Below are positions 16,122 to 24,729 of a stretch of 56,197 bases of DNA, in pieces. The stretch comes from a virus (lineage: Duplodnaviria > Caudoviricetes): the IMG/VR virus record IMGVR_UViG_3300041809_000302, positions 1 to 56,197 of that record. One strand, written 5' to 3'. A program made the position numbers and the translations under genes. The notes under the pieces are model-generated. The model had not been told where the DNA came from, searched no databases, and saw nothing but the letters and a program-made list of their open reading frames with translations. Each line of letters begins with the position of its first letter. Position 1 is the stretch's first letter.

Positions 16122-17857
16122 TGCCGAGATTCGTTGGCTACGATGTAGTGACGGAAAAGAAGTCCTCCGCTGCTTATCAGAATCCCGATAAATCCATCTC
16201 CCGCCAACTGGACGAACTGGAACGCATCTCCCGCACGGAACGAGACAAGCATCTTGGGAAAGACTACTTTGACGAGATCAAGTCTTTCTACGATCTTGAT
16301 GACACCCGCGGCGGCATCATCAACACCTTCCGTCCCCAGGTAATGATTCCACAGCTTCAAACCCTGGTCTTAAACGAAGCTACCGACATCACCGACGCCT
16401 CCATCAAGGTCTACATCACCAACCAAGGCAAACGGGACGAAGCGAGAGAAAAGTATTACCAAGCAAACTGGAGCCAGGGATGTTACAACAACCGGGTCCT
16501 CGAATCGATCATCTGGGCCATGTTGACTAACCTCGGCTACCTCCAAGTAGGTTTCTCGCCATCGGCTCGCCGCGGCAAAGGAGTGACGTGGCTTGAATCA
16601 CGCGATCCCGAGACGGTGAATCCCGATCCCTTCTGCAAATCCGATTCCGACTGGTCCTGGGTACAGTGGTGGGATTGGATCTATATCGATGAAGTCCGCA
16701 GACGATGGCCGGAAACCGGAAAGCTGGTCAGGCCCCGCTATTACTCCGGAAGCGCCGATCCTTACGGCCAAGTCGATACCACTCTCGACTACCCGGAATA
16801 CTCTCCACTCTCCAATCAGGGAAACGAGCCGGAGAAGAAAATCTTCCGCGACAATCGCGTTCGAGTCCGAACTACATTCTTATTTGACAACACGAGAGAG
16901 AAAATTGCGTCCTTTGCTGGTAGTGATGCTGAAGCTCTGCGTCTGGTTCATCCTCGTTTTGGGTATAAGTACCCGGACGGGCGCTGGATAACCGACTGCA
17001 ACGACATTATCCTGTCCGACGGAAACAATTGGTGTCCGCAGTTGCCGGATGACGAACGTGGAACCTTCCCGTTGGTCCGGGTTGCAGCCATGCCCACAAT
17101 CGCTAATTTCTGGGGACCAGCTCCCATAGACCTGTCGCGCAGTCTGCAGAATCTAGGGGAACGAATTTACACGCAGTTGTTTGAGAATATAGTCCGACTC
17201 AATAACGGCGTGATCGTATTTCGGGAAAATACGGGGATTGATCCGAACTCTATAGGCTGGCTCCCCGGAGAAATTGTGGTCATCAAAAACAACTCTGATC
17301 CGCCGGTAGTCATCAACCCGCAACCTTTACCCCAGCACATGATTACCGTACCTGCTTCGCTATTCTCCCTGCAAAAAGAGTTGCAGGGATTTTCCGAGTC
17401 GAGGCAAGGTCAGTCAGGCGGCGGCAACGTTTCTCCGGACTTGTTCGATGCAACCCTCTGGCAAAGCCATTATATGACCCGTCTCCGCGGACGACTGCTC
17501 TCGGAATCCTTGCAGCGTCTCGCACAGATCGTGTGGTACGTGGATGCCCGCTACAAGAGCATTGCAGACCGCGTGTTTGTTCCGAACGCTGGAAAGAACG
17601 AGCCGCAGTCAGCCGAGTGGGAACCGATCAATAGCGATTCGCTCGATGATTACGACGCGCATCTTGACCCAGGTAGCCTGCAAGTCGTGAGCGCAGGCGC
17701 AATGCGGTCGGTGATTATGGCACTATCAAAGACTGGCATGATTCCGACCAAGACCGTACTCGAAACATTCTCCATTCCACAAGCAGGGGAACTTGCAGAT
17801 GAGAACTACCAGGAAAAGGCTCTTGCTGCGATGGGGAAATTACGTAAACCACGCTAG
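16121..17857 (+). CDS. Portal protein (podovirus-type)
   Basis: 578 aa after TerL; G..QV, DP, FPLV...FWG, W.PG.I motifs. Confidence 0.85.
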   Translation: MPRFVGYDVVTEKKSSAAYQNPDKSISRQLDELERISRTERDKHLGKDYFDEIKSFYDLDDTRGGIINTFRPQVMIPQLQTLVLNEATDITDASIKVYITNQGKRDEAREKYYQANWSQGCYNNRVLESIIWAMLTNLGYLQVGFSPSARRGKGVTWLESRDPETVNPDPFCKSDSDWSWVQWWDWIYIDEVRRRWPETGKLVRPRYYSGSADPYGQVDTTLDYPEYSPLSNQGNEPEKKIFRDNRVRVRTTFLFDNTREKIASFAGSDAEALRLVHPRFGYKYPDGRWITDCNDIILSDGNNWCPQLPDDERGTFPLVRVAAMPTIANFWGPAPIDLSRSLQNLGERIYTQLFENIVRLNNGVIVFRENTGIDPNSIGWLPGEIVVIKNNSDPPVVINPQPLPQHMITVPASLFSLQKELQGFSESRQGQSGGGNVSPDLFDATLWQSHYMTRLRGRLLSESLQRLAQIVWYVDARYKSIADRVFVPNAGKNEPQSAEWEPINSDSLDDYDAHLDPGSLQVVSAGAMRSVIMALSKTGMIPTKTVLETFSIPQAGELADENYQEKALAAMGKLRKPR

Positions 17858-17872
17858 ATTGCAGGTAAGATT

Positions 17873-18097
17873 ATGAACGATCTTGTATGGGTTCCACTTT
17901 CGGTGATTGCCACTGAGTACCATCGGGATGTTGAAACTATCCGACGGTGGGTTCATAGCGGCCTACTTGTACAGGTCGGGTTTGTCGTTCGCAAGGACTT
18001 AACCGGCTATTGGAGCGTCGGAATCCCTCCAGAGATCTATTCCACATTCTCCACACGCGCCACTCCTGTTGTTGTAAACATGCATCAATCTATGTAG
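17873..18097 (+). CDS. HTH DNA-binding protein (excisionase/MerR-like)
   Basis: LSVIATEYHRDVETIRRWVHSG...GYW. Confidence 0.65.
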   Translation: MNDLVWVPLSVIATEYHRDVETIRRWVHSGLLVQVGFVVRKDLTGYWSVGIPPEIYSTFSTRATPVVVNMHQSM

Positions 18098-18108
18098 TTA
18101 ATCAAACT

Positions 18109-18342
18109 GTGGAACTACACGGCTACCCTGAACTTGCCGGCCATCAGTTCGAGATTCTACGTCTTGAATCGATGGGCGAGCAGTGGTTCGCTCAATTCGC
18201 GGTAGACGGCAAGCCGTATCCGGCTTTTTTCGAACCGAAATCCAATGTCCATCACATGCTGGAGGATGAATTTCTGGCATACATGAAGTGTCAATCGCTC
18301 ACGATGATGGCTTACGTCGAGCAGAGAATGGGGCACGCATGA
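18109..18342 (+). CDS. Hypothetical protein
   Basis: GTG start; ATGA coupling to the next ORF. Confidence 0.6.
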   Translation: MELHGYPELAGHQFEILRLESMGEQWFAQFAVDGKPYPAFFEPKSNVHHMLEDEFLAYMKCQSLTMMAYVEQRMGHA

Positions 18343-18440
18343 AACGATCTACCGGCGGCAAACTGAAACGCTTCCCTCCACACAAAATGGGCGGGAAAAA
18401 GCCCGCGACTCTCATGTCTAGACGCGTGAAACGACATTAG
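18339..18440 (+). CDS. Small basic peptide (33 aa)
   Basis: MKRSTGGKLKRFPPHKMGGKKPATLMSRRVKRH. Confidence 0.5.
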   Translation: MKRSTGGKLKRFPPHKMGGKKPATLMSRRVKRH

Positions 18441-18506
18441 TTTTTACCGGAGTTGCATTGCTCTGTAGCCGCAAGGCTATCGTGGCAACTTCAGAAAGGA
18501 GCTGAA

Positions 18507-18569
18507 ATGATTCCCACTAACGGTGAGATGAAATTCAAGCGCGGTGGCCGTCGCCACAAGCGGAAGTAG
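18507..18569 (+). CDS. Tiny basic peptide (20 aa)
   Basis: Strong AAAGGAG SD; MIPTNGEMKFKRGGRRHKRK. Confidence 0.55.
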   Translation: MIPTNGEMKFKRGGRRHKRK

Positions 18570-18641
18570 TCAAGGCAAGACCAACTGAGTGTGGGCGGTT
18601 AATCCGGGGTGGTGCAACCGCCCTCACTTATTCGAGGAAAT

Positions 18642-18863
18642 ATGGCAAAGAGCGACATCTGGAAGAATATTGAGGGCCTGCACAACAACAGTCCATTCGA
18701 GGACAAGTCCGAGACTGACCGCTTTACCACGCTCAGCCCAGCCCTCGAAAGTTTCGAAGGCACCAACCTTGCCGACCCACCGCCCTTTAACGGCTCGGTT
18801 CCCCCGAACACGATCAATTTGCTTCCCCCGATGGAAAAACCGGGGAAGAGAGGATGGAGGTAA
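18642..18863 (+). CDS. Small Pro-rich head-region protein
   Basis: GAGGA SD; MAKSDIWKN... Confidence 0.65.
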   Translation: MAKSDIWKNIEGLHNNSPFEDKSETDRFTTLSPALESFEGTNLADPPPFNGSVPPNTINLLPPMEKPGKRGWR

Positions 18864-18866
18864 ATC

Positions 18867-19061
18867 ATGGCTAAGAAATCTGGTCAGTATCCGGATCTCT
18901 ACGGTTCGCCAACGAAGGCATTGCCGGACATTCTAGGTCCGCTGAACATTGACGAGGAGGGCGACAAGTGTGTCCCTCGCAATGACATGAATGAATTCCC
19001 GAGGGCGGATGGCACTATAGGGCCTGACCCGATCGGCCTGTTCATCAAAGGCGGTAAATAA
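18867..19061 (+). CDS. Small head-region protein
   Basis: GGAGG SD; MAKKSGQYPD... Confidence 0.65.
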   Translation: MAKKSGQYPDLYGSPTKALPDILGPLNIDEEGDKCVPRNDMNEFPRADGTIGPDPIGLFIKGGK

Positions 19062-19484
19062 GTGGGAAGTCCCGGCGGAATCGGCCCAATGATTATGGCA
19101 GCGTTGCAGGCTAGAACTGCCGCAGGTGGTGGACCGTCGGGACCGCCCGGAATGCCGGGTGGAGGGGGTGATCCGAGTGGAGGTGACCCCGGAGCACAGT
19201 ACGCGCAGCAGGTAGCGCAGTTGAAAGGCGCCGATCCAGGAATGCTGCTGCAAGAGATGAAGGCAATGAAGCAGAAATGCGCCGTGCTCATGGTCCAGAA
19301 TCTAGAAAGACTTCCGAACGTCAGCGGCCAACTCTCGAAGTTGATTCCGATGTTTGACCGCGTAGTCAAAGAAATCAGCCAGGCCCAGAACGTGAATTCA
19401 GCAGTCCGCCAACCGCTCGGCATCGGGGCAGCACAGCCTCAGCCGGAATCCCCTAACGCTACAGCACCCCCGGGAGGTATGTGA
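19062..19484 (+). CDS. Gly/Pro/Gln-rich head-region protein
   Basis: Position before scaffold; GTGA coupling. Confidence 0.7.
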   Translation: MGSPGGIGPMIMAALQARTAAGGGPSGPPGMPGGGGDPSGGDPGAQYAQQVAQLKGADPGMLLQEMKAMKQKCAVLMVQNLERLPNVSGQLSKLIPMFDRVVKEISQAQNVNSAVRQPLGIGAAQPQPESPNATAPPGGM

Positions 19485-20284
19485 TGAATTTAGAGCAGAT
19501 TTTGCAGGACAAAAGTACGTTCACCGACAACATCGAGTTGACTATTGGGACCGAGAAGGTAACCCTCGGCCAGTTGCGCGATCTTTCCTCAAAGCAGCAA
19601 AAAGAAATCTCGGACAAGATTGCCGGGGCCGACCGGCGCGAGGCTGAAGCCCGCGATACCGCAATGAAAGCCGCCAATCTTCTCTCGGAACTCGAAAAAG
19701 CCCGCGAGACGCTGACCGCGAAACGAGAACAGCCGCCCACTCCCGACGACTTCGAGAAAGAAGAGTTTTGGAGTCCGGTACGCGCCCGTCTTGCTACGGA
19801 GCAGAAAGAACGCGAAGAATTGAAAAAGTCGCTTGACGGTATTTCCAAGAGCTTGGAGCGGGCAGCGACCATCTGGGCTCAGGAACGCTGGCAGGGCCAG
19901 TACAAAGAAGTCGCTCCCCGCCTCAAGAAAGTCGAGCAGTACAAAGACTGGGACTACAAGAAAGTCCTCGACTACGCAACCGAGCACAGAGTCATGGACG
20001 AATACGGCTTCCCATCCATCGAGAAAACGGTCATGGAATTGACCAAGGCAAACGACATTGAGACGATCCGTAAAGAAGCATACGAAAAAGGGAAAAACGA
20101 TGCCGCCAAGCGCAACCGTCTCGACAGCCAGCCGCGTCCCTCGTCCGCGAGCGGAGGACGACAGCCAGCCGACAAGAGCGCGGTACAGGAAGTTGGGCTT
20201 GAGGGGTTGGGAGACGATGCGATGAACGATCCCGAACTTATGGAGATGTTTGCGCAGATTCAGAACGGCGGTGAGGTCCAATGA
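19481..20284 (+). CDS. Capsid scaffolding protein
   Basis: Charged coiled coil, VTLGQL motif, located upstream of capsid. Confidence 0.75.
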   Translation: MMNLEQILQDKSTFTDNIELTIGTEKVTLGQLRDLSSKQQKEISDKIAGADRREAEARDTAMKAANLLSELEKARETLTAKREQPPTPDDFEKEEFWSPVRARLATEQKEREELKKSLDGISKSLERAATIWAQERWQGQYKEVAPRLKKVEQYKDWDYKKVLDYATEHRVMDEYGFPSIEKTVMELTKANDIETIRKEAYEKGKNDAAKRNRLDSQPRPSSASGGRQPADKSAVQEVGLEGLGDDAMNDPELMEMFAQIQNGGEVQ

Positions 20285-20553
20285 GCATCCGGGGTTTACT
20301 TGATCGGGCTTTACGCTCGCACGGAATCACGCTCAACGCGGTTGAACTGAATGGCGTTAGCGCTGACCTCGATGCCTATGTCACGAGTCTTAATTTGGGA
20401 CAGCCGACTGTGACACAACCGGGGTTGATTCCAGTAGTTGGTCCTCCCCCACCGGTTCAAGTGCTTGCAGAAGCAGCAGGAGTGCAGTGGAAGAAACGAC
20501 GGTGGCAATGGAAGCAAGATGCAACGCCAACTGCCGAGACAAAGAAAGTTTAA
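20281..20553 (+). CDS. Hypothetical protein between scaffold and capsid
   Basis: ATGA coupling, GAGG SD. Confidence 0.6.
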   Translation: MSIRGLLDRALRSHGITLNAVELNGVSADLDAYVTSLNLGQPTVTQPGLIPVVGPPPPVQVLAEAAGVQWKKRRWQWKQDATPTAETKKV

Positions 20554-20562
20554 GGAGACAAT

Positions 20563-21630
20563 ATGTATTCAGTGCTACGGTGGTTAGTTCAATTCTGGGT
20601 TAACCAGATCATCAATGCTATAGCGCCGCAGATGGCAGGAGTTACAGGTACCGGTATTCAGTCGCCGCCAGCACTGATGCAAAACACGCTGGACGCCCTT
20701 GTTCAGAAGAAAATTGCGCCATTCATGGCCGACATCGTGAACAAGCCATCGCCCACGCACTGGGCGCTGCAGCGTTCCGGCAAGCACGTTACCGGAGGCG
20801 CCCTGATCTTCCCGCTGTTGACGGCGGAAGATCCCGCAGGCGGCGCGTTCTATGGTGACCAGAACCTGAACACCAGCGTGTTCGATCCGGTCATCCCGGC
20901 AGAACAGCAATGGCGCTTCTACTACCAGAACGTAGCCATTGCCACGACTGACATCATCCTCGGCTCGGGCGGGGCATCGGCCATCGACATCGTGAAGGCC
21001 AAGATGCAGATCTGCGCGGCATCTCTGCTGCCGAAACTGGCCAGAGCGAACTGGGGCATTTATCCGCAGAACACCTCGATCGACATTGACAACATTCCCA
21101 ACTGGATTGGCACGCAGGGCAACACCATTGCCGGCGTCAACCGGGCTACTTATACGGCATGGAACCCGGCAGCCGCGGTAGCAAACGGCGGCGGCGCCCT
21201 GACCATTGCCAACTACGAGAACTTGTATCAGTCGGTAACCTACGGCTATGACGAGCCGGATACCTTGGCACTGAACAACTACGATTACGGGAAGTTTAAG
21301 ACTCAGTTCATCCAGGTAGCGGCGGCGCCGGGATCGGTCATCCGCATGAACGACAACATTACCGACAAGGAACCCGCTCAGCTTGGCTTGCGGTATCACT
21401 TCCGGGTGGATAACGCGGTGGTGTTGGCCGATCAGTACATAACGGCCGGAGTCGGATGGTTGTGGAACTCGAAGTACATGTGGATGAACTACCACAAGAA
21501 CGGCTACTACATCATCCGTCCGTGGCTGATGTCGAGTTCGCAGGAAGTCATTGCCAGCCGTGTCGTAGTGGCTGAGAACTTGACCAACGTTCGCCCGCTT
21601 AGTGCGGGAACTGTAACAGGATTGTCGTAG
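20563..21630 (+). CDS. Major capsid protein
   Basis: TAAGGAG SD; 355 aa after scaffold; GG..I..P, IAGVNRATY..W, EPD motifs typical of HK97-fold podovirus capsids. Confidence 0.85.
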   Translation: MYSVLRWLVQFWVNQIINAIAPQMAGVTGTGIQSPPALMQNTLDALVQKKIAPFMADIVNKPSPTHWALQRSGKHVTGGALIFPLLTAEDPAGGAFYGDQNLNTSVFDPVIPAEQQWRFYYQNVAIATTDIILGSGGASAIDIVKAKMQICAASLLPKLARANWGIYPQNTSIDIDNIPNWIGTQGNTIAGVNRATYTAWNPAAAVANGGGALTIANYENLYQSVTYGYDEPDTLALNNYDYGKFKTQFIQVAAAPGSVIRMNDNITDKEPAQLGLRYHFRVDNAVVLADQYITAGVGWLWNSKYMWMNYHKNGYYIIRPWLMSSSQEVIASRVVVAENLTNVRPLSAGTVTGLS

Positions 21631-21648
21631 CACAAAGGAGAAGGAATT

Positions 21649-22326
21649 ATGAGCTGGGTTAACAGACTTCAAAGCATGGTCAACGGTCCTGGGATTCCTT
21701 TCCAGAACGACACTCTGTTTCAGTCAGTGGCAAACGCTCTGGCCAGTGGATCGAATACCGTCACTCTCAGCGGCTTGACGCCTACCATTTCGAAGGGCTT
21801 GATCCGCATGAAGATTTACGGCGCGGCGACCAGTCCCAGCATGACTATGCTGCAAGCCACTCTGTCCGATGGCCTGGAATTTGTTACCGTCTACTACAAC
21901 TGGCCGGGAACGGCCCTGACTTTGGCAACAGCCGCTGGCGGCACTTCGGTTGCCACTGATGGCGCCATGACTTCGGGAACCAAGGTTCTGACTTCGGCTT
22001 CGGCAAAGTTTACGTCTGCCATGGTCGGACAGAACATTTACATTCCTTCCGCGGGCGGCACAAGCGGAGCGATTGCCCTGTTGACCACGGTTGCCAGTTT
22101 CCAGAGTGCCGGCACAATCACTCTGGCGGCAGCGGCTACGAGCACGGTCACGGGCGCAACCATTACCTTGGTCGAGTCCTACTACACGGCCGGATCCGCT
22201 ACTGCTCCTGCTGGGTTTGACGTGGTAGTCCCGTTCGAAGTGGACATCAACGTTACCCGACTGGATGTGACCGAAGTCGGGGTCGGCAGCGCGATCATGG
22301 ACTTGGAGATTAGCGGCACTACGTAG
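21649..22326 (+). CDS. Putative capsid decoration/minor head protein
   Basis: Follows capsid before a terminator; Thr/Ala/Ser-rich beta protein. Confidence 0.6.
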   Translation: MSWVNRLQSMVNGPGIPFQNDTLFQSVANALASGSNTVTLSGLTPTISKGLIRMKIYGAATSPSMTMLQATLSDGLEFVTVYYNWPGTALTLATAAGGTSVATDGAMTSGTKVLTSASAKFTSAMVGQNIYIPSAGGTSGAIALLTTVASFQSAGTITLAAAATSTVTGATITLVESYYTAGSATAPAGFDVVVPFEVDINVTRLDVTEVGVGSAIMDLEISGTT

Positions 22327-22350
22327 ACTGTAGCCATGTTGGTGAACCTC

Positions 22351-22385
22351 TGGCGGGCTTGGGCTTCGGCTCACCCGCCATTTTT
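22351..22385 (+). terminator. Intrinsic terminator after capsid/decoration genes
   Basis: TGGCGGG..TGGGC-TTCG-GCTCA-CCCGCCA then TTTTT. Confidence 0.85.
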
Positions 22386-22413
22386 ACAAGGAGTGAAATA
22401 GGGGGGTTTCTGG

Positions 22414-24729
22414 TTGATCGAAATCGTCCAAAGCGATAACTGGGGATTCGCTAGCGATTTTGGTGTGCTGACCCCACTTCAGACGACAGCTAACTATGCT
22501 GCGACAACTCTGGCTGGCGATCTGCTGGTCGCTATCGTTGGTATCACTACCTTCGGACCAGGCGATGTTACCCCAGCCGTGAATAGTATCTCGACGCCGG
22601 GATTTACTTGGACGTTGGCGGCAAGTGCGATTTGCCCAACCACGACAATCGGTCCCAATTCCAGCCAGACTCTAATAGCAATCTATTACATCGAAAGCGC
22701 AGCTTCGATGTCTTCTGTCGTGGTCACGACCGTAGTCAGCAACTTGACAGGAACAGCAACAAGCGATGATTCAATCACAATTGACTTGATCGAGGTGAGC
22801 GGAGCGGAAGCGTCTGGAGTGGTGGATACTGAGCAGACAGCAACTGGCAATAGTCCGACCCAAGATGCCGGGAACTTAACCACTTCACAAAGTGATTTCA
22901 TCCTAGTGGTTGGTTCAACCGGTCAAGATTGGCCTAATGCGACAAATGCGGCTGGGTCTGGGTATACGTCGCTTGATTTCACAATCGCGGATAATAATTT
23001 CATCGATACTCTGCAATACCAGATCACCTCTTCCCTGGGAACATTTCCTACCGCTTTCGCTGCCGGGAGCACGGATGGCAATTGGGCGGCTGTAGCGGTC
23101 GCATTCAAAGGTAGCGCAGGAACTCTTCCGCCCACTGTCATCAGTGTTGTTCCACCAAGCGGACCAATTGCAGGCGGGACGGCGGTTACCATCACTGGAA
23201 CGAACTTCGTTTCTCCAGTAACCGTTTCGTTCGGAGGAAATGCTCCGACAAGCGTCGTTGTCGTTTCCGGTTCCAGCATCACATGCGTCACCCCGGCGCA
23301 CGCGGCGGGGCCAGTCACGGTCAGCGTTACTAGCCCATTCGGGATAGGGAGCCTTGCAAATGGCTATACCTACATTGCTCCAGAACTAGAAGTCTCGCCA
23401 TTAACGCTAAGTTTTTCGGTTTTGCAAGGTAGTTCTAACCCGGCATCTCAGAATGTTGCGGTATCTAACGGGACAGTTGGTGTCCTGAATTGGGCAGTCA
23501 CTTCCGATTCGGCTTGGCTAACGGCGTCTCCGACAAGCGGCAGTGGAGCAACGAGCGTAGCCGCGAATGTTTCGATTGCTGGGATGACATTTGGCACCTA
23601 TACCGGGCATCTGACATTCACCGCTTCAGGCAGCGCGACTAACACCCCGAACACCGTGACGGTGACGTTGGTCATCACATCCCCGATTCTCGACGTGACT
23701 CCACTGGCTTTGAGTTTCAGCGCAACGGAATACGGATCGAATCCGGCTTCGCAAAATGTCAGCGTCTCTAATGCTGGGCCGGGAACCTTGATCTGGTCAG
23801 TGAGTTCCGATTCCGCATGGCTCACACCATCACCCACCAGTGGAACAAATACGGGGACCGTAGCGGCTAACGTCTCAATTACAGGGTTGGCGGTCGGAGG
23901 ATACACGGGTCGTCTGACATTCACGGCACCCGCTCAGGAAGATTCTCCGCAAATCGTAGTAGTGACTCTTACTGTAACGGCTCCAAGTCCTGCCATTCTG
24001 GATGTCAGTCCCTTGGCATTGTTCTATTCGACAACGGAAAGTGCCGGAAATCCGACTTCGGAAACGGTTAGCGTATCAAATGGCGGGCCTCCACAGCCCA
24101 TGCCGTTCACCGTCAGTGGGATGTCTTCATGGATTACAGTTTCTCCGAATTCTAGTGACGCAGGTTTTTCGGCTGTTTCGCTCACAGTCAGCGTGAACAT
24201 TGCTGGGCTCGGCATCGGAGTTTACTACGGGAGTTTCATCGTAACCGCGTCCGGGGCAGAAGATTCTCCGCAAATCGTAGTAGTTACTCTTACTGTAATG
24301 GCTCCAAGTCCTCCGCAACCGTATCAATCAACGTGTTCCGATACTTTCAGCCAAACGGTTCCGCCGTTATGTGCGGATTATGTGCAAACAATTCAACCTA
24401 ATCTGCTTACTCCACCTAATCTGCTTACTCCAACTTATCTCGTTGACACCTCCGGCCAGCAGTGGCAGCTTGCTTGCCAGGACAATGGGCAGATAACGAC
24501 ATCCAAAGTGTCGGGGCAGGTTGCCGTCCCCTCTATCCTACTAGAAGACCAGAACGGGATGGAGGCATGGCAGTTGGCCATTATTCCAAACCCGCCTCCG
24601 TTTGGATATTGGGGGGAGCCATATCTTACGCTGGCCGTCAGTCCGTACAGCGGATTCGAATTAGAAGACGGTTCGGGTGTCATTCTGTTGGAAAGCGGAG
24701 ACGTACTCATACTAGAAAGTAGTACCTAA
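22414..24729 (+). CDS. Virion structural protein with IPT/TIG domain and three BACON-like Ig repeats
   Basis: PTVISVVPPSGPIAGGTAVTITGTNF (IPT); repeated VSPLTLSFS...NPASQNV.VSN...W..SDSAWLT.SPTSG units. Confidence 0.8.
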   Translation: MIEIVQSDNWGFASDFGVLTPLQTTANYAATTLAGDLLVAIVGITTFGPGDVTPAVNSISTPGFTWTLAASAICPTTTIGPNSSQTLIAIYYIESAASMSSVVVTTVVSNLTGTATSDDSITIDLIEVSGAEASGVVDTEQTATGNSPTQDAGNLTTSQSDFILVVGSTGQDWPNATNAAGSGYTSLDFTIADNNFIDTLQYQITSSLGTFPTAFAAGSTDGNWAAVAVAFKGSAGTLPPTVISVVPPSGPIAGGTAVTITGTNFVSPVTVSFGGNAPTSVVVVSGSSITCVTPAHAAGPVTVSVTSPFGIGSLANGYTYIAPELEVSPLTLSFSVLQGSSNPASQNVAVSNGTVGVLNWAVTSDSAWLTASPTSGSGATSVAANVSIAGMTFGTYTGHLTFTASGSATNTPNTVTVTLVITSPILDVTPLALSFSATEYGSNPASQNVSVSNAGPGTLIWSVSSDSAWLTPSPTSGTNTGTVAANVSITGLAVGGYTGRLTFTAPAQEDSPQIVVVTLTVTAPSPAILDVSPLALFYSTTESAGNPTSETVSVSNGGPPQPMPFTVSGMSSWITVSPNSSDAGFSAVSLTVSVNIAGLGIGVYYGSFIVTASGAEDSPQIVVVTLTVMAPSPPQPYQSTCSDTFSQTVPPLCADYVQTIQPNLLTPPNLLTPTYLVDTSGQQWQLACQDNGQITTSKVSGQVAVPSILLEDQNGMEAWQLAIIPNPPPFGYWGEPYLTLAVSPYSGFELEDGSGVILLESGDVLILESST
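24313..24374 (+). repeat. 62-bp direct repeat, copy 1
   Basis: Identical to 28301..28362. Confidence 0.95.

Noticed and set aside
19122-19195. Collagen-like substrate for the PLOD-like GT
   Set aside because: Only about three Gly-X-Y triplets, too short for a triple helix.
20584-21672. 362-aa antisense ORF (also 19589..20281 and similar)
   Set aside because: Antisense shadows of strongly codon-biased capsid and scaffold genes.
23938-24432. Near-identical ~54-bp repeats (23938, 24259) and an 18-bp tandem (24397-24432) as regulatory or mobile elements
   Set aside because: Explained by in-frame duplication of BACON-like domains and a PNLLTP linker.
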